NCBI GenBank assembly: GCA_038046385.1
Contig: JBBSWH010000009.1
Span: 32,001-96,000 of the forward strand
DNA: 64,000 nt
Reading direction: 5' to 3'
From: Nanobdellota archaeon
GTDB lineage: Archaea; Nanobdellota; Nanobdellia; Woesearchaeales; GW2011-AR4
The notes beneath the pieces were generated by a model. The model worked only from the letters and a program-made list of their open reading frames with translations. It ran no database searches and was not told the DNA's origin. Below are positions 30,245 to 39,146 of this stretch, piece after piece (positions within the stretch are counted from its first letter, which is position 1; every line of letters begins with the position of its first letter). The position numbers and the translations under genes were made by a program.

Positions 30245-31429
30245 ATGACAATTTTAAAATATCTAAATTATTCATATTCGCTTATTGCAAAAGGCTCGCC
30301 TTTTTTTCTTGCAAACGAAATATCGAAGGATTTTCTCGGAATCAGAAACAAAACAGAAAAAAATTCTATCCATATAAAATCAGCTGTTGAATGGATTTTG
30401 AATGCGCAAAAAGCAAACAGCGACGGCGGGGTTTCTGAAATGTATTCTCTGTACAGGGGATGGCACGGATCTTATTCAGAGACAACCGGATACATAATCC
30501 CGACAATGTACAACTATTACAATAAAACAAAAAACCCAATAATAAAAGAGTCTGCAATCAGAATGGCAGAATGGGAACTGACAAAACAGCTTGATTGCGG
30601 CGCATTTCCAGGCGGAGCAACTGCGGACGGAAAAGAATTTCCCATTATATTCAACACAGGCCAGGTTCTTTTTGGAATGTCAAGGGCGTTTCAGGAGACT
30701 AAAGAAGAAAAGTACAGAAAATCTGCTGCAATGGCTGCAGACTGGCTTGTAAAAATACAGAACGCAAAAGGGCATTGGCAAAAATCAGAGTATCTTGAGA
30801 CAATACACACTTACAACACAAGAACAGCATGGGCGCTGCTGAAAGCATATGAAATAACCGGCAATAAAAATTATGCAAAATCATCAGCAAAAAACATAGA
30901 CTGGGCGCTGAATCAGCAGAATGAAAACGGATGGTTTGAAAACAATGCATTTCATAAAAATCAGGAGCCTTTGCTGCATACAATAGCATACACAATACAG
31001 GGAATTCTCGAATGCGGAATTTCTCTGCAAAACGACAAATACATTAATTCTGCAAAGCTATCATCAGACAAGATTATTGGCATGATGAAAGAAGACGGCT
31101 CAATTGCAGGAAGCTTTGACAGCAAATGGAAAAGCAGCGTTTCATGGTCATGCCTGACAGGAAACTGCCAGATGTCAATTGTATGGCTCAGGCTTTATTA
31201 TATTACAAAAGACAGGAAATACCTTGAAGCTGCAAAAAAATCCAACAATTTTGTAAAATCAACACAAAACATAAATTCAGGCCATGGCGGAATAAGGGGA
31301 GGTATAAAGGGCGCTTACCCGATTTACGGCTGGTATGCGCCGTTCTGCTACATAAACTGGGGCGCGAAATTTTTTGTTGATGCTTTAATGCTGGAAGAAT
31401 ACAAAAAAATCGGAAACTTTTTGTCATAG
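30245..31429 (+). CDS. (alpha/alpha)-barrel protein of unknown function with prenyltransferase/squalene-oxidase-type QW-like repeats
   Basis: SYSETTGYIIPT, IFNTGQV, repeated WL...Q..xG.W, LHTIAY, CLTG and YINWGAKFF.D motifs. Confidence 0.6.
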   Translation: MTILKYLNYSYSLIAKGSPFFLANEISKDFLGIRNKTEKNSIHIKSAVEWILNAQKANSDGGVSEMYSLYRGWHGSYSETTGYIIPTMYNYYNKTKNPIIKESAIRMAEWELTKQLDCGAFPGGATADGKEFPIIFNTGQVLFGMSRAFQETKEEKYRKSAAMAADWLVKIQNAKGHWQKSEYLETIHTYNTRTAWALLKAYEITGNKNYAKSSAKNIDWALNQQNENGWFENNAFHKNQEPLLHTIAYTIQGILECGISLQNDKYINSAKLSSDKIIGMMKEDGSIAGSFDSKWKSSVSWSCLTGNCQMSIVWLRLYYITKDRKYLEAAKKSNNFVKSTQNINSGHGGIRGGIKGAYPIYGWYAPFCYINWGAKFFVDALMLEEYKKIGNFLS

Positions 31430-32317
31430 CTGCCTGTTAAGGACAATTCTAGAAAATATCTTGTCCATAATCTTTGCAAAAGGCTTAAAGTATTTTATGA
31501 AAGGGTAAATTGCTATATTGAAAATCTTGAAGGCACCGTCATTTCTCAGGAAAAAATAAGGGTCCTTGCCGAGGAGATTAGTTCCTTCCTCAAACAGTTT
31601 GGAAGATTCAACTGCAATAATCTTTCCATTGCCAAGCTGCACTTCTTTCATAGTCTTATTTTTAATTAAGCAATTTTCAAACTTTGCCAATGAAGTGAAG
31701 AAATAGCTGTATTTCTCGTAGTATTTTATACTGCAGTCTTTTGGTTTTTTATTTTCAATCATTTTTCCCTTTATTTTTACAATATTCCTGTAAGGAACCC
31801 CGTGCATCTGCTCGATATAATGCGCAAATGTAAGCGACTGAAAAGGAGCGCCTAGAAACACAACCTTGCCGTTGCTCATGTGCAATTTTGCAAACACAGA
31901 ATCAGGCCCAAACGTATCTTCGCCTTTTTCAGAAAAATAATCTTTTAGGTTTCCCCAAACAGCAACAGAATGTGTTGGATGCAATGTTCTTTTTACTCCT
32001 TTCTGCTTCCTGAAGAATTCAGTCAATGTGCCTACTGAAGATTTTGTTGAATCAGGGTCAAAGACTTCTTTTTTTTCTATGCTATAGGAAAATGTCGGAA
32101 GTATTATTGTTCCTGATTTGCCTACTGATTCCTTAAGCGATTCGATAAGCGAGCCAAGAAGCAGTTCTCTGCCAGAAGCAAGTAGTTTTCCAAAAGACCC
32201 TATGTCGGAATGCACAAAAATAATATCTCCTTTTTCTATTCCTGCCTTTTTCAGGCTTTTCTGGAAGTCTATCTTCCTTAATATTGCACCGTTTGCCTCA
32301 TACAGCGGCTCATTCAT
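31424..32317 (-). CDS. AAC(3)-family N-acyltransferase
   Basis: GDIIFVHSD, GTIILPTFSYS, VGTLTEFFR, RTLHPTHSVAVWG and TFAHYIE...VPYR motifs. Start placed at ATG 32317, overlapping the maoC stop. Confidence 0.88.
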   Translation of the reverse strand: MNEPLYEANGAILRKIDFQKSLKKAGIEKGDIIFVHSDIGSFGKLLASGRELLLGSLIESLKESVGKSGTIILPTFSYSIEKKEVFDPDSTKSSVGTLTEFFRKQKGVKRTLHPTHSVAVWGNLKDYFSEKGEDTFGPDSVFAKLHMSNGKVVFLGAPFQSLTFAHYIEQMHGVPYRNIVKIKGKMIENKKPKDCSIKYYEKYSYFFTSLAKFENCLIKNKTMKEVQLGNGKIIAVESSKLFEEGTNLLGKDPYFFLRNDGAFKIFNIAIYPFIKYFKPFAKIMDKIFSRIVLNRQL

Positions 32318-32735
32318 TTTTGAATATGACCTGGACGATTCCATTGCCCCTGAATATAAGCTCGTTTTTGTTTCTGTATATCTCTGTTTTTATCTCTACA
32401 AATTTTGTAGACTCAATTTTTCTTGTAACCTTTCCAACCACTTTTAATTCATCGCCTATAAAATAGGGCTTTACAAACTCAGCATCCTGCTTTATGCAGA
32501 CTGAAGTGCCTCCGGGAAGGTATTCCCCATAGAGCCGTGATACAAAACTCGTGAGGAGAAAAGCATACCCTATTCTTTTTCCGAATTTTGTCTTTGATGA
32601 AAATTTTTCATTACAGTGTATTGGGCTTTTGTCCCCTGAGAGGTTAGAGAAGGCATTGTGGAGCTTCTCATCACACTTTACAGTAAAGCTTGCCTCGTCC
32701 CCAATGCCTATTTCTGAAAATATTTTTCCTTTCAT
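32310..32735 (-). CDS. MaoC-family hot-dog dehydratase
   Basis: FSNLSGDKSPIH hydratase-2 motif with catalytic Asp and His, plus LPG and F.KP...GD. Confidence 0.88.
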   Translation of the reverse strand: MKGKIFSEIGIGDEASFTVKCDEKLHNAFSNLSGDKSPIHCNEKFSSKTKFGKRIGYAFLLTSFVSRLYGEYLPGGTSVCIKQDAEFVKPYFIGDELKVVGKVTRKIESTKFVEIKTEIYRNKNELIFRGNGIVQVIFKNE

Positions 32736-32962
32736 TTTGCCTTGGCCTTTTTTTCAAACGAGTTTTTTAAGTCACCAAATGATTTTATGCTTTCTATTTC
32801 TTTTATAGTGAATTTTATCCCTGTTTTCTTTTCTATCTCGCTCATCAGCATCAGGTGATTGAATGAATCCCATTCTTCTGAATTGTCCCTGCTGAAACTG
32901 TCGTTCAGCTTTTCCTGCTTTATTCTAAGCACAGAAGCCATTATTGACTTTAAATTTTCCAT
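32732..32962 (-). CDS. Acyl carrier protein
   Basis: 76-aa protein with EWDSFNHL..L..EIE phosphopantetheine-Ser motif. Confidence 0.88.
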   Translation of the reverse strand: MENLKSIMASVLRIKQEKLNDSFSRDNSEEWDSFNHLMLMSEIEKKTGIKFTIKEIESIKSFGDLKNSFEKKAKAK

Positions 32963-32963
32963 T

Positions 32964-34772
32964 TTATTTTTCCATCACTTTTATAAAATCAGGGGCATTG
33001 TATTTTTTTGAAATGTCATATTGCCACAGCTCCGTTCCATTTTTCTTTTCCTTTAGCTTAAACCCATTATTCTTATAAAAATCCTTTGCAACTTCATTCT
33101 TATTTGTAGGAATAAAAAATGCCTTTAGCTGTTTTGCTTTTTTGGCTTTTGCTTCTTTTATTATAAACCAGAGCATAGACTCTTCAATCTTTCTTCCAAT
33201 AACCCTGCAGCTCAGAAGGAATGTGTCAATTTCCCATTCATCAGCAGATTTTTTGATGATTGCTGCTCCTACAATCCCATTGTCCCCAAATTTATCCCTG
33301 CTCCTGACAGAAACTACAATCTCATTTTTGTTATTTGACATTTTTTGAATATCCTCTTCAAGATACCTTTTTGTTGTCATATTGAACTGGTTTGTTTTTT
33401 GAGTCAGCTGTGATATCCTCGGAATGCTGAAGCTGCTGGCTTTTTCTATTGCAACAACGCTTCCAAGGCTTTTGAGATAAGAGTCTATATCTTTTGATGA
33501 GCTTTGAAGCTCTGCCCTTTTCCTTTGCTCTGCATACATTTTTCCTTTTTTAAAATCCTCTTCAGTTATGCTGAATAAATTGAAGTCATTTGTTTCCATC
33601 AGGGTTTTTAGGTAAAGCGACGGGTCTTCCGGCATGTCAACAACAGTTACCTCGGGAAGCATTTTCCTGACAAAATCCCTGTTTAATTTATCATCGTCAA
33701 TGAAGACCAGGCTATCTAAGCCTATGTTAAGCTCTTTTGCAATTTCTGCAATGTTTGATGCTTTGTCATCCCAGTTTATTTTCATGGATGCGAAATTGTT
33801 TTCCCTTAAGACCATGTCGGGATGTTTTTTAAAAACTTCAATTGCATCATTAAAATTGTTTTTGCTGCTTATTGCAAGTATCACACCTCTTTCGAACATC
33901 GCCAGCAGCGCTTTCTGGAACTCCGTAAACGGCCTTCCTTCAGGAGTGTTTCCTATTTTTATGCCTTCAATTCCGTCTTCTCCTATTATTCCGCCCCAAA
34001 GCGTGTTGTCAAGATCAAGCACGATGCATTTTTTTGTCAGGATCATCAACGGCTTTATGTAACCCATGTAATCTTTGCACAAATAAGGAACGCTCTGAAT
34101 GCTTAGCCTGATATCTCCCATGTAATACATCTTGAAATCTGTTGTATTTTCTTTGCCGATTTTTGAGCAGAACGATTCATAATCAAACAGGAACACTTTT
34201 GGATTATTTTTGCAATAATCCCTTAAATCAGAGTTTAATTTTTCAACAGACTCTTTTAACCCAAAATCCTGCCGGTTTTCAAGAATTCCTATAGGGGAGT
34301 AAACAGGAACTTCAAAGTTATGCACAACTATTTTTGCAGTTGTTTTTTTCTCCAGTTTTTCAATAAGAATTTTTATGTCATTAAATTTTGAATTTATGTA
34401 TGTTTTTCTCTTGCCGGATGATATGGAATACGGATTTAGGAAATAATCCTGCAGAATTGATTTTGTGTCAATGAAAAGAATCACAAGGCTTGGATTGAAT
34501 TTGTACAAATCACTCGAATCATCAAGGATTTCCTGGGAATACTGATTATATCCCCCGATGTAAATATCTGGGGTTATGCCTGCTTCGCAGCATTTCACAA
34601 AGATAGATTCTTTAAATCCGTTTGAAGTAAAGCTCGAGAGAAAGGCAACTTTCAGCTTCTTGCCGCTTATCTTATTTTTTTTAATTTCAGAATTCAGATG
34701 TTTGTAGAGGTTGATGTAGTCCGGCATGTTTTTTGGATTTTTTTTCTTTATTATCTGGATTATTCTTTTCAT
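32964..34772 (-). CDS. FkbH-like HAD-IIIC phosphatase / glyceryl-ACP transferase
   Basis: KCIVLDLDNTLWGG, SKNN, INWDDKA, FIDD, QLTQKTNQFN, DKFGDNG and FLLSCRVIGR (catalytic Cys). Confidence 0.93.
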   Translation of the reverse strand: MKRIIQIIKKKNPKNMPDYINLYKHLNSEIKKNKISGKKLKVAFLSSFTSNGFKESIFVKCCEAGITPDIYIGGYNQYSQEILDDSSDLYKFNPSLVILFIDTKSILQDYFLNPYSISSGKRKTYINSKFNDIKILIEKLEKKTTAKIVVHNFEVPVYSPIGILENRQDFGLKESVEKLNSDLRDYCKNNPKVFLFDYESFCSKIGKENTTDFKMYYMGDIRLSIQSVPYLCKDYMGYIKPLMILTKKCIVLDLDNTLWGGIIGEDGIEGIKIGNTPEGRPFTEFQKALLAMFERGVILAISSKNNFNDAIEVFKKHPDMVLRENNFASMKINWDDKASNIAEIAKELNIGLDSLVFIDDDKLNRDFVRKMLPEVTVVDMPEDPSLYLKTLMETNDFNLFSITEEDFKKGKMYAEQRKRAELQSSSKDIDSYLKSLGSVVAIEKASSFSIPRISQLTQKTNQFNMTTKRYLEEDIQKMSNNKNEIVVSVRSRDKFGDNGIVGAAIIKKSADEWEIDTFLLSCRVIGRKIEESMLWFIIKEAKAKKAKQLKAFFIPTNKNEVAKDFYKNNGFKLKEKKNGTELWQYDISKKYNAPDFIKVMEK

Positions 34773-35128
34773 TTTTTCATGACAATTGCGAATGCCAATG
34801 CCTTGTCTTTGCAGTGGGATAGGCTTATTTTAATCTTCACATTTTTGAATTTGTTTAGACTTGCTTTTGGAGCGTCATCAGTACTCGTTATCTCAATGTC
34901 ATTGTACGAGACTTTTGATTTAATACTTATGGAAGACAAAGCCTTAACTATAGACTCTTTTCCGGCAAACCTTGCTGCAAGATGCTGTCCCGGAGATTTT
35001 TTTGAGTAGCAGTAATCAAGCTCTTTGCCGGTATATATCTTTTTCAAAAATATTTTATCTTTTATCCTGCTTAATTTCTTAAACCTTTTTATATCCTCTA
35101 TATCAGTTCCTATACCAATTTCTTTCAT
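34769..35128 (-). CDS. acpS: Holo-ACP synthase (4'-phosphopantetheinyl transferase)
   Basis: GIGTDIEDIKR, LAARFAGKESIVKAL and ISLSH motifs. Confidence 0.93.
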   Translation of the reverse strand: MKEIGIGTDIEDIKRFKKLSRIKDKIFLKKIYTGKELDYCYSKKSPGQHLAARFAGKESIVKALSSISIKSKVSYNDIEITSTDDAPKASLNKFKNVKIKISLSHCKDKALAFAIVMKK

Positions 35129-35134
35129 AGCGCC

Positions 35135-36226
35135 TTAGCAAACATTTTCTATAATACTTACAATCCTCTCAGTAGCCTTTCCGTCCCACAATTTAGGGAT
35201 TTTATTCTTTACTTTTATTTTTCCGCTTATTATTTCAAGAGATTTGCTTATTACTTTTTTGCTGTCTGTGCTAACAAGCAAATTTGTGCCCTGGCTTACA
35301 GTCACTGGCCTTTCTGTGCTGTTCCTCATGGTTATGCACGGTATTCTAAGAACCGTTGTTTCCTCCTGTATACCGCCGGAATCTGTCAAAACAAACCTGC
35401 TGTTTGACATCAGGCAAAGAAAGTCAAGGTATCCTAATGGATCCGTGACAATCAAATTTTTCATTGATGATATCTTATTATTTAGGCCAAAAGACTCAAT
35501 ATTTTTTCTTGTTCTTGGATGAACCGGAAAAACAATCTTGATTTTATTTTGGACTTTTTCAAGTATTGATATTATTTTTTTAAGGCCGTTTTTAGTGTCT
35601 ACGTTGCTGGGCCTGTGCAGCGTTAATACGCAGTATTCTTTTTTCTTTAATTTAAGATCTTTAAGAATTTTTGATTTGGAAGCTTTTTCTTTGTGCTGAA
35701 GAAGCGTGTCTATCATCACATTACCGACAAAGAAAATCCTTTCATTTGGTATTTTTTCATTAAGCAGGTTTTTCCTTGCGCTTTCTTCTGTTGTGAAAAG
35801 AAAATTGCTTATTCCGTCTGTAAGGATTCTGTTTATCTCTTCAGGCATTTCCATGTCGAAGCTCCTTAATCCGGCTTCAACGTGCGCAACCTTTATTCCA
35901 AGGTGCTTTGCAGCAAGCGCCCCTGCAAATGTAGAGTTTACGTCACCAACAACAACAACCAAATCAGGATTTTCATTCTTCAGCACTTTTTCAATCTCAG
36001 ATGTCATTTTTTCTATCTGCTCCATTCTGTTTCCTGAGCTGATTCCAAGATTAACATTCGGCTTTGGCAAATTTAATTCATCGAAGAAAAGCCTGCTCAT
36101 CTTTTTATCGTAATGCTGGCCCGTATGGACAAGAATGTGGTTTATTTTTCTTTTTTTGAATTCTTTTATCAGCGGGGCAATCTTCATGAAATTCGGCCTT
36201 GTTCCAACTATGCTGACAATTTTCAT
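35135..36226 (-). CDS. wecB: UDP-N-acetylglucosamine 2-epimerase, non-hydrolysing (WecB/WbpI family)
   Basis: GTRPNFMK, HTGQHYD, HVEAGLRS, PEEINR, TDSGGIQEE and ERP motifs. Start ATG 36226. Confidence 0.93.
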   Translation of the reverse strand: MKIVSIVGTRPNFMKIAPLIKEFKKRKINHILVHTGQHYDKKMSRLFFDELNLPKPNVNLGISSGNRMEQIEKMTSEIEKVLKNENPDLVVVVGDVNSTFAGALAAKHLGIKVAHVEAGLRSFDMEMPEEINRILTDGISNFLFTTEESARKNLLNEKIPNERIFFVGNVMIDTLLQHKEKASKSKILKDLKLKKKEYCVLTLHRPSNVDTKNGLKKIISILEKVQNKIKIVFPVHPRTRKNIESFGLNNKISSMKNLIVTDPLGYLDFLCLMSNSRFVLTDSGGIQEETTVLRIPCITMRNSTERPVTVSQGTNLLVSTDSKKVISKSLEIISGKIKVKNKIPKLWDGKATERIVSIIENVC

Positions 36227-36246
36227 GATACTCCGCAACCCAAATC

Positions 36247-36256
36247 TATTTAAATA
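36247..36256. promoter_or_regulatory. Palindromic archaeal-type TATA box (TATTTAAATA), probably bidirectional
   Basis: Perfect 10-bp palindrome placed symmetrically between divergent start codons at 36226 (-) and 36277 (+), with 20 nt between the box and each ATG. Confidence 0.65.
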
Positions 36257-36276
36257 ATTTCCTATTAGCTGAAAGC

Positions 36277-37404
36277 ATGGGAAAACTGACAGTTGCTATT
36301 GTAATGCCGACGCATTTTGATGTTCATTCCTCACTTCTTAACTTTCTCAAGACATATGAATACCTTATCAAAAACAGGAATATTGATGTAACACTTTTTA
36401 CGGACAGCAGGAATAAAGTAGATTACAAAAAACTGAAAATAGAGAAGATTGAAGGGTTTGATTACGGAACCGGAATCGACAAAATTCTTTTCCTGCTCGG
36501 AATCCCGAGGTTTTATTATAAAAAACTTGACGAAAAATTAAAGAAGTTTGATGTCATAACATCAAATAATCCTGAATTTTATGCTTTTGCATACCAGTCA
36601 TACAAAGCAGCAAAAAGGCACAACAAGAGATTTGTATTAAGGACTTCACAGAGCGTTGAAGGATTCTTTTTCTTTAAGCTGACAAAATTCTTTTTATGCC
36701 CTTTTGTCAAAAAGGCATACGATTATTCCAAGTTTGTGGTATTTTCAAATCCTCAGGCAGAGGAAAGGTGCTTAAAATTAGGGCTTATTGACGACAGGAG
36801 AAAGAGCATAATCACTGGCCATGCGACTGATGTTGAATGTTTTAAACCTATTAAAACGAAAAAAGGAAAAAATACAATCCTGCTTTCTGTCGGAGGATTA
36901 TTGGAGCTTAAAGGACATCATTTAATAATAAAGTCACTTAAGAAGATTATTGACAACGGCCATAAAAACACAGAATTATGGATTGTTGGCGAGGGTTATT
37001 ACAAACAAAAACTGCAGGATCTTGCAAAAGAGCTCGGAGTGGAAGATAATGTAAGGTTCCTCGGCAAGAAAGGCCACAATGAGCTTGCAACGATTTACAA
37101 CATGTCAGACATTTTTGTCCTTGCCAATTATCAGGAGATAACCCCTGCTGTGAACGAGGCGCTTGCTTGCGGAAAGCCTGTTGTTGCCATGGAATGCGGC
37201 GGCTGCGAATTTGTAATTCCCAACAAAAATTATGGATTGGTTTCAAGAAGATTTGATGTTGATGATATGGCAAGCAAGATAATCCTGCTGATGAAAGACA
37301 AGAAGCTTGCCTCCAAAATTGCAGCAAACGGAAGAAAAAGGATTCTTGAGAATTTCTCCATAGAAAAAGTGGCAGACAAGGTATACAGGGCATATACAGA
37401 ATGA
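36277..37404 (+). CDS. GT4 glycosyltransferase
   Basis: SVGGLLELKG, DIFVL and EITPAVNEALACGKPVV motifs. Confidence 0.9.
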   Translation: MGKLTVAIVMPTHFDVHSSLLNFLKTYEYLIKNRNIDVTLFTDSRNKVDYKKLKIEKIEGFDYGTGIDKILFLLGIPRFYYKKLDEKLKKFDVITSNNPEFYAFAYQSYKAAKRHNKRFVLRTSQSVEGFFFFKLTKFFLCPFVKKAYDYSKFVVFSNPQAEERCLKLGLIDDRRKSIITGHATDVECFKPIKTKKGKNTILLSVGGLLELKGHHLIIKSLKKIIDNGHKNTELWIVGEGYYKQKLQDLAKELGVEDNVRFLGKKGHNELATIYNMSDIFVLANYQEITPAVNEALACGKPVVAMECGGCEFVIPNKNYGLVSRRFDVDDMASKIILLMKDKKLASKIAANGRKRILENFSIEKVADKVYRAYTE

Positions 37405-37467
37405 TTTTGCATACTAATAGTATTTGATATCATAAGCTTTATAAAGCCATTTTAGCGCTTATCGATT

Positions 37468-38052
37468 ATGCCAAAATTTCTCATACATCCGACAGCAGAT
37501 GTTGCAAAAAATGCAAAAATAGGAAATGGAACTAAGATATGGCACCATTGCCACGTAAGGGAAAATGTTTCTATAGGGAAAAACTGCATTCTTGGCAAGA
37601 ATGTTTACATTGACCATAATATCAAAATAGGCAACAATGTAAAGATACAGAACAACTGCTCCATTTATTTTGATTCTAAAATTGAAGACGGAGTTTTTAT
37701 AGGGCCCCATGTGGTTTTTACAAACGACACAAATCCAAGGGCGATCACAAGAGACGGGAAAATTAAATCAGCAAATGAATGGAATGCCGGAAAGATTCTG
37801 ATAAAAAAAGGAGCTTCAATAGGCGCACGCTCTGTTTTACTGCCGAATTTGACTATTGGAACCTTTGCAATGGTTGGCGCAGGATCTGTTGTAACAAAAA
37901 ATGTTGGTGATTACCGCTTGGTGTATGGGAATCCTGCAAGAGTCATGGGCTTCGTATGCGCGTGTGGGCATAAAATAAAAAATCCAGAGATGGAAAAATC
38001 CAAGATAGTATTGAAATGCGATAAGTGCAAGCATACCACAATAACAAAATGA
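37468..38052 (+). CDS. WbpD/WlbB-like hexapeptide N-acetyltransferase with a C-terminal Zn-ribbon-like tail
   Basis: IHPTA.V, IWH, VKIQNN, VFTND.NPR, GNPAR and CACG...CDKC motifs. Confidence 0.88.
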   Translation: MPKFLIHPTADVAKNAKIGNGTKIWHHCHVRENVSIGKNCILGKNVYIDHNIKIGNNVKIQNNCSIYFDSKIEDGVFIGPHVVFTNDTNPRAITRDGKIKSANEWNAGKILIKKGASIGARSVLLPNLTIGTFAMVGAGSVVTKNVGDYRLVYGNPARVMGFVCACGHKIKNPEMEKSKIVLKCDKCKHTTITK

Positions 38053-39146
38053 TAAATATTTCCAAGCCTTCTATCGGAAAAGAGGAGATTGATGCTGTTG
38101 TTAATGTCCTTAAATCAGGAATGATAGCGCAGGGGCCGAAAACAAAGGAATTTGAGCAGGAATTTGCAAAATTTGCTGGGGTAAAATATGCTGTAGCAAT
38201 GAATTCCGGAACAGCAGCCCTGCACGCTGCGCTTTATGCAGCAGGCGTGAAAGAAAATGATGAAGTCATAACAACTCCATTTACATTCATTGCAACTGCA
38301 AATTCCATTCTTATGCAGAATGCAAAGCCAGTCTTTGCTGATATAGAAGAAGATAATTTCAACATTGATGCTTCCCAGATTGAAAATAAAATAACAAAAA
38401 AGACAAAGGCAATACTTGCTGTTGACCTTTATGGGCACCCTTATGCTTATGATGATGTAAAGGAGATTGCTGACAAGCACGGGCTTAAGATAATAGAGGA
38501 TGCATGCCAGGCTGTTGGCGCTGATTTTAACGGAAAGAAATGCGGCTCTTTAGGGGATATTGGAACGTTTTCATTCTATGCGACAAAAAACATGACAACA
38601 GCAGAGGGCGGAATGCTCACGACAGACAATGAAGAATACGCTGAGCTTGCAAAACAGCTTCGTCATCATGGGCAGAGCGAAAAAGTAAGATACGAATATT
38701 TCGGCCTTGGATACAATTACAGGATGACAGACATAAATGCTGCAATCGGGCTTGAGCAGATGAAGAAGATAAATGAATGGAACAAAAAAAGGATAGACAA
38801 TGCAGCTTTTTTGAGCAAACGCCTTGGGAAAATAAAAGGAATAAAAGTTCCTGCTGTTCAGAAGAACTGTACGCACGTTTTCCACCAATATACCATTATT
38901 GTAAAAGATGATTTCAAAATGAAAAGAGACGGGCTTATGGAACATCTTAAGCAGAAAGGCGTTGGAAGCGGAGTTTATTATCCAAAGCCGCTGCACTTAT
39001 TTAAGCACATTTCAAAATTCGGATACAAGCAAGGGGATTTTCCGGTTGCAGAAAAACTTTCTCAGCAGGTTTTGTCTTTGCCAATCCATCCGCAGCTTAC
39101 AAAAGAAGAGCTTGAAACAATAGCAAAAGCATTCGAGGAAATATGA
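38049..39146 (+). CDS. DegT-family aminotransferase (WbpE-like)
   Basis: EDACQA, FSFYATKNMTTAEGG and GYNYRM motifs. ATG 38049 overlaps the upstream stop. Confidence 0.92.
   Translation: MINISKPSIGKEEIDAVVNVLKSGMIAQGPKTKEFEQEFAKFAGVKYAVAMNSGTAALHAALYAAGVKENDEVITTPFTFIATANSILMQNAKPVFADIEEDNFNIDASQIENKITKKTKAILAVDLYGHPYAYDDVKEIADKHGLKIIEDACQAVGADFNGKKCGSLGDIGTFSFYATKNMTTAEGGMLTTDNEEYAELAKQLRHHGQSEKVRYEYFGLGYNYRMTDINAAIGLEQMKKINEWNKKRIDNAAFLSKRLGKIKGIKVPAVQKNCTHVFHQYTIIVKDDFKMKRDGLMEHLKQKGVGSGVYYPKPLHLFKHISKFGYKQGDFPVAEKLSQQVLSLPIHPQLTKEELETIAKAFEEI

Noticed and set aside
31424-32317. AAC(3) gene as an aminoglycoside-resistance determinant
   Set aside because: It is translationally coupled to ACP/FkbH/MaoC genes in a glycan locus with no mobile-resistance context, so a biosynthetic role is more parsimonious.
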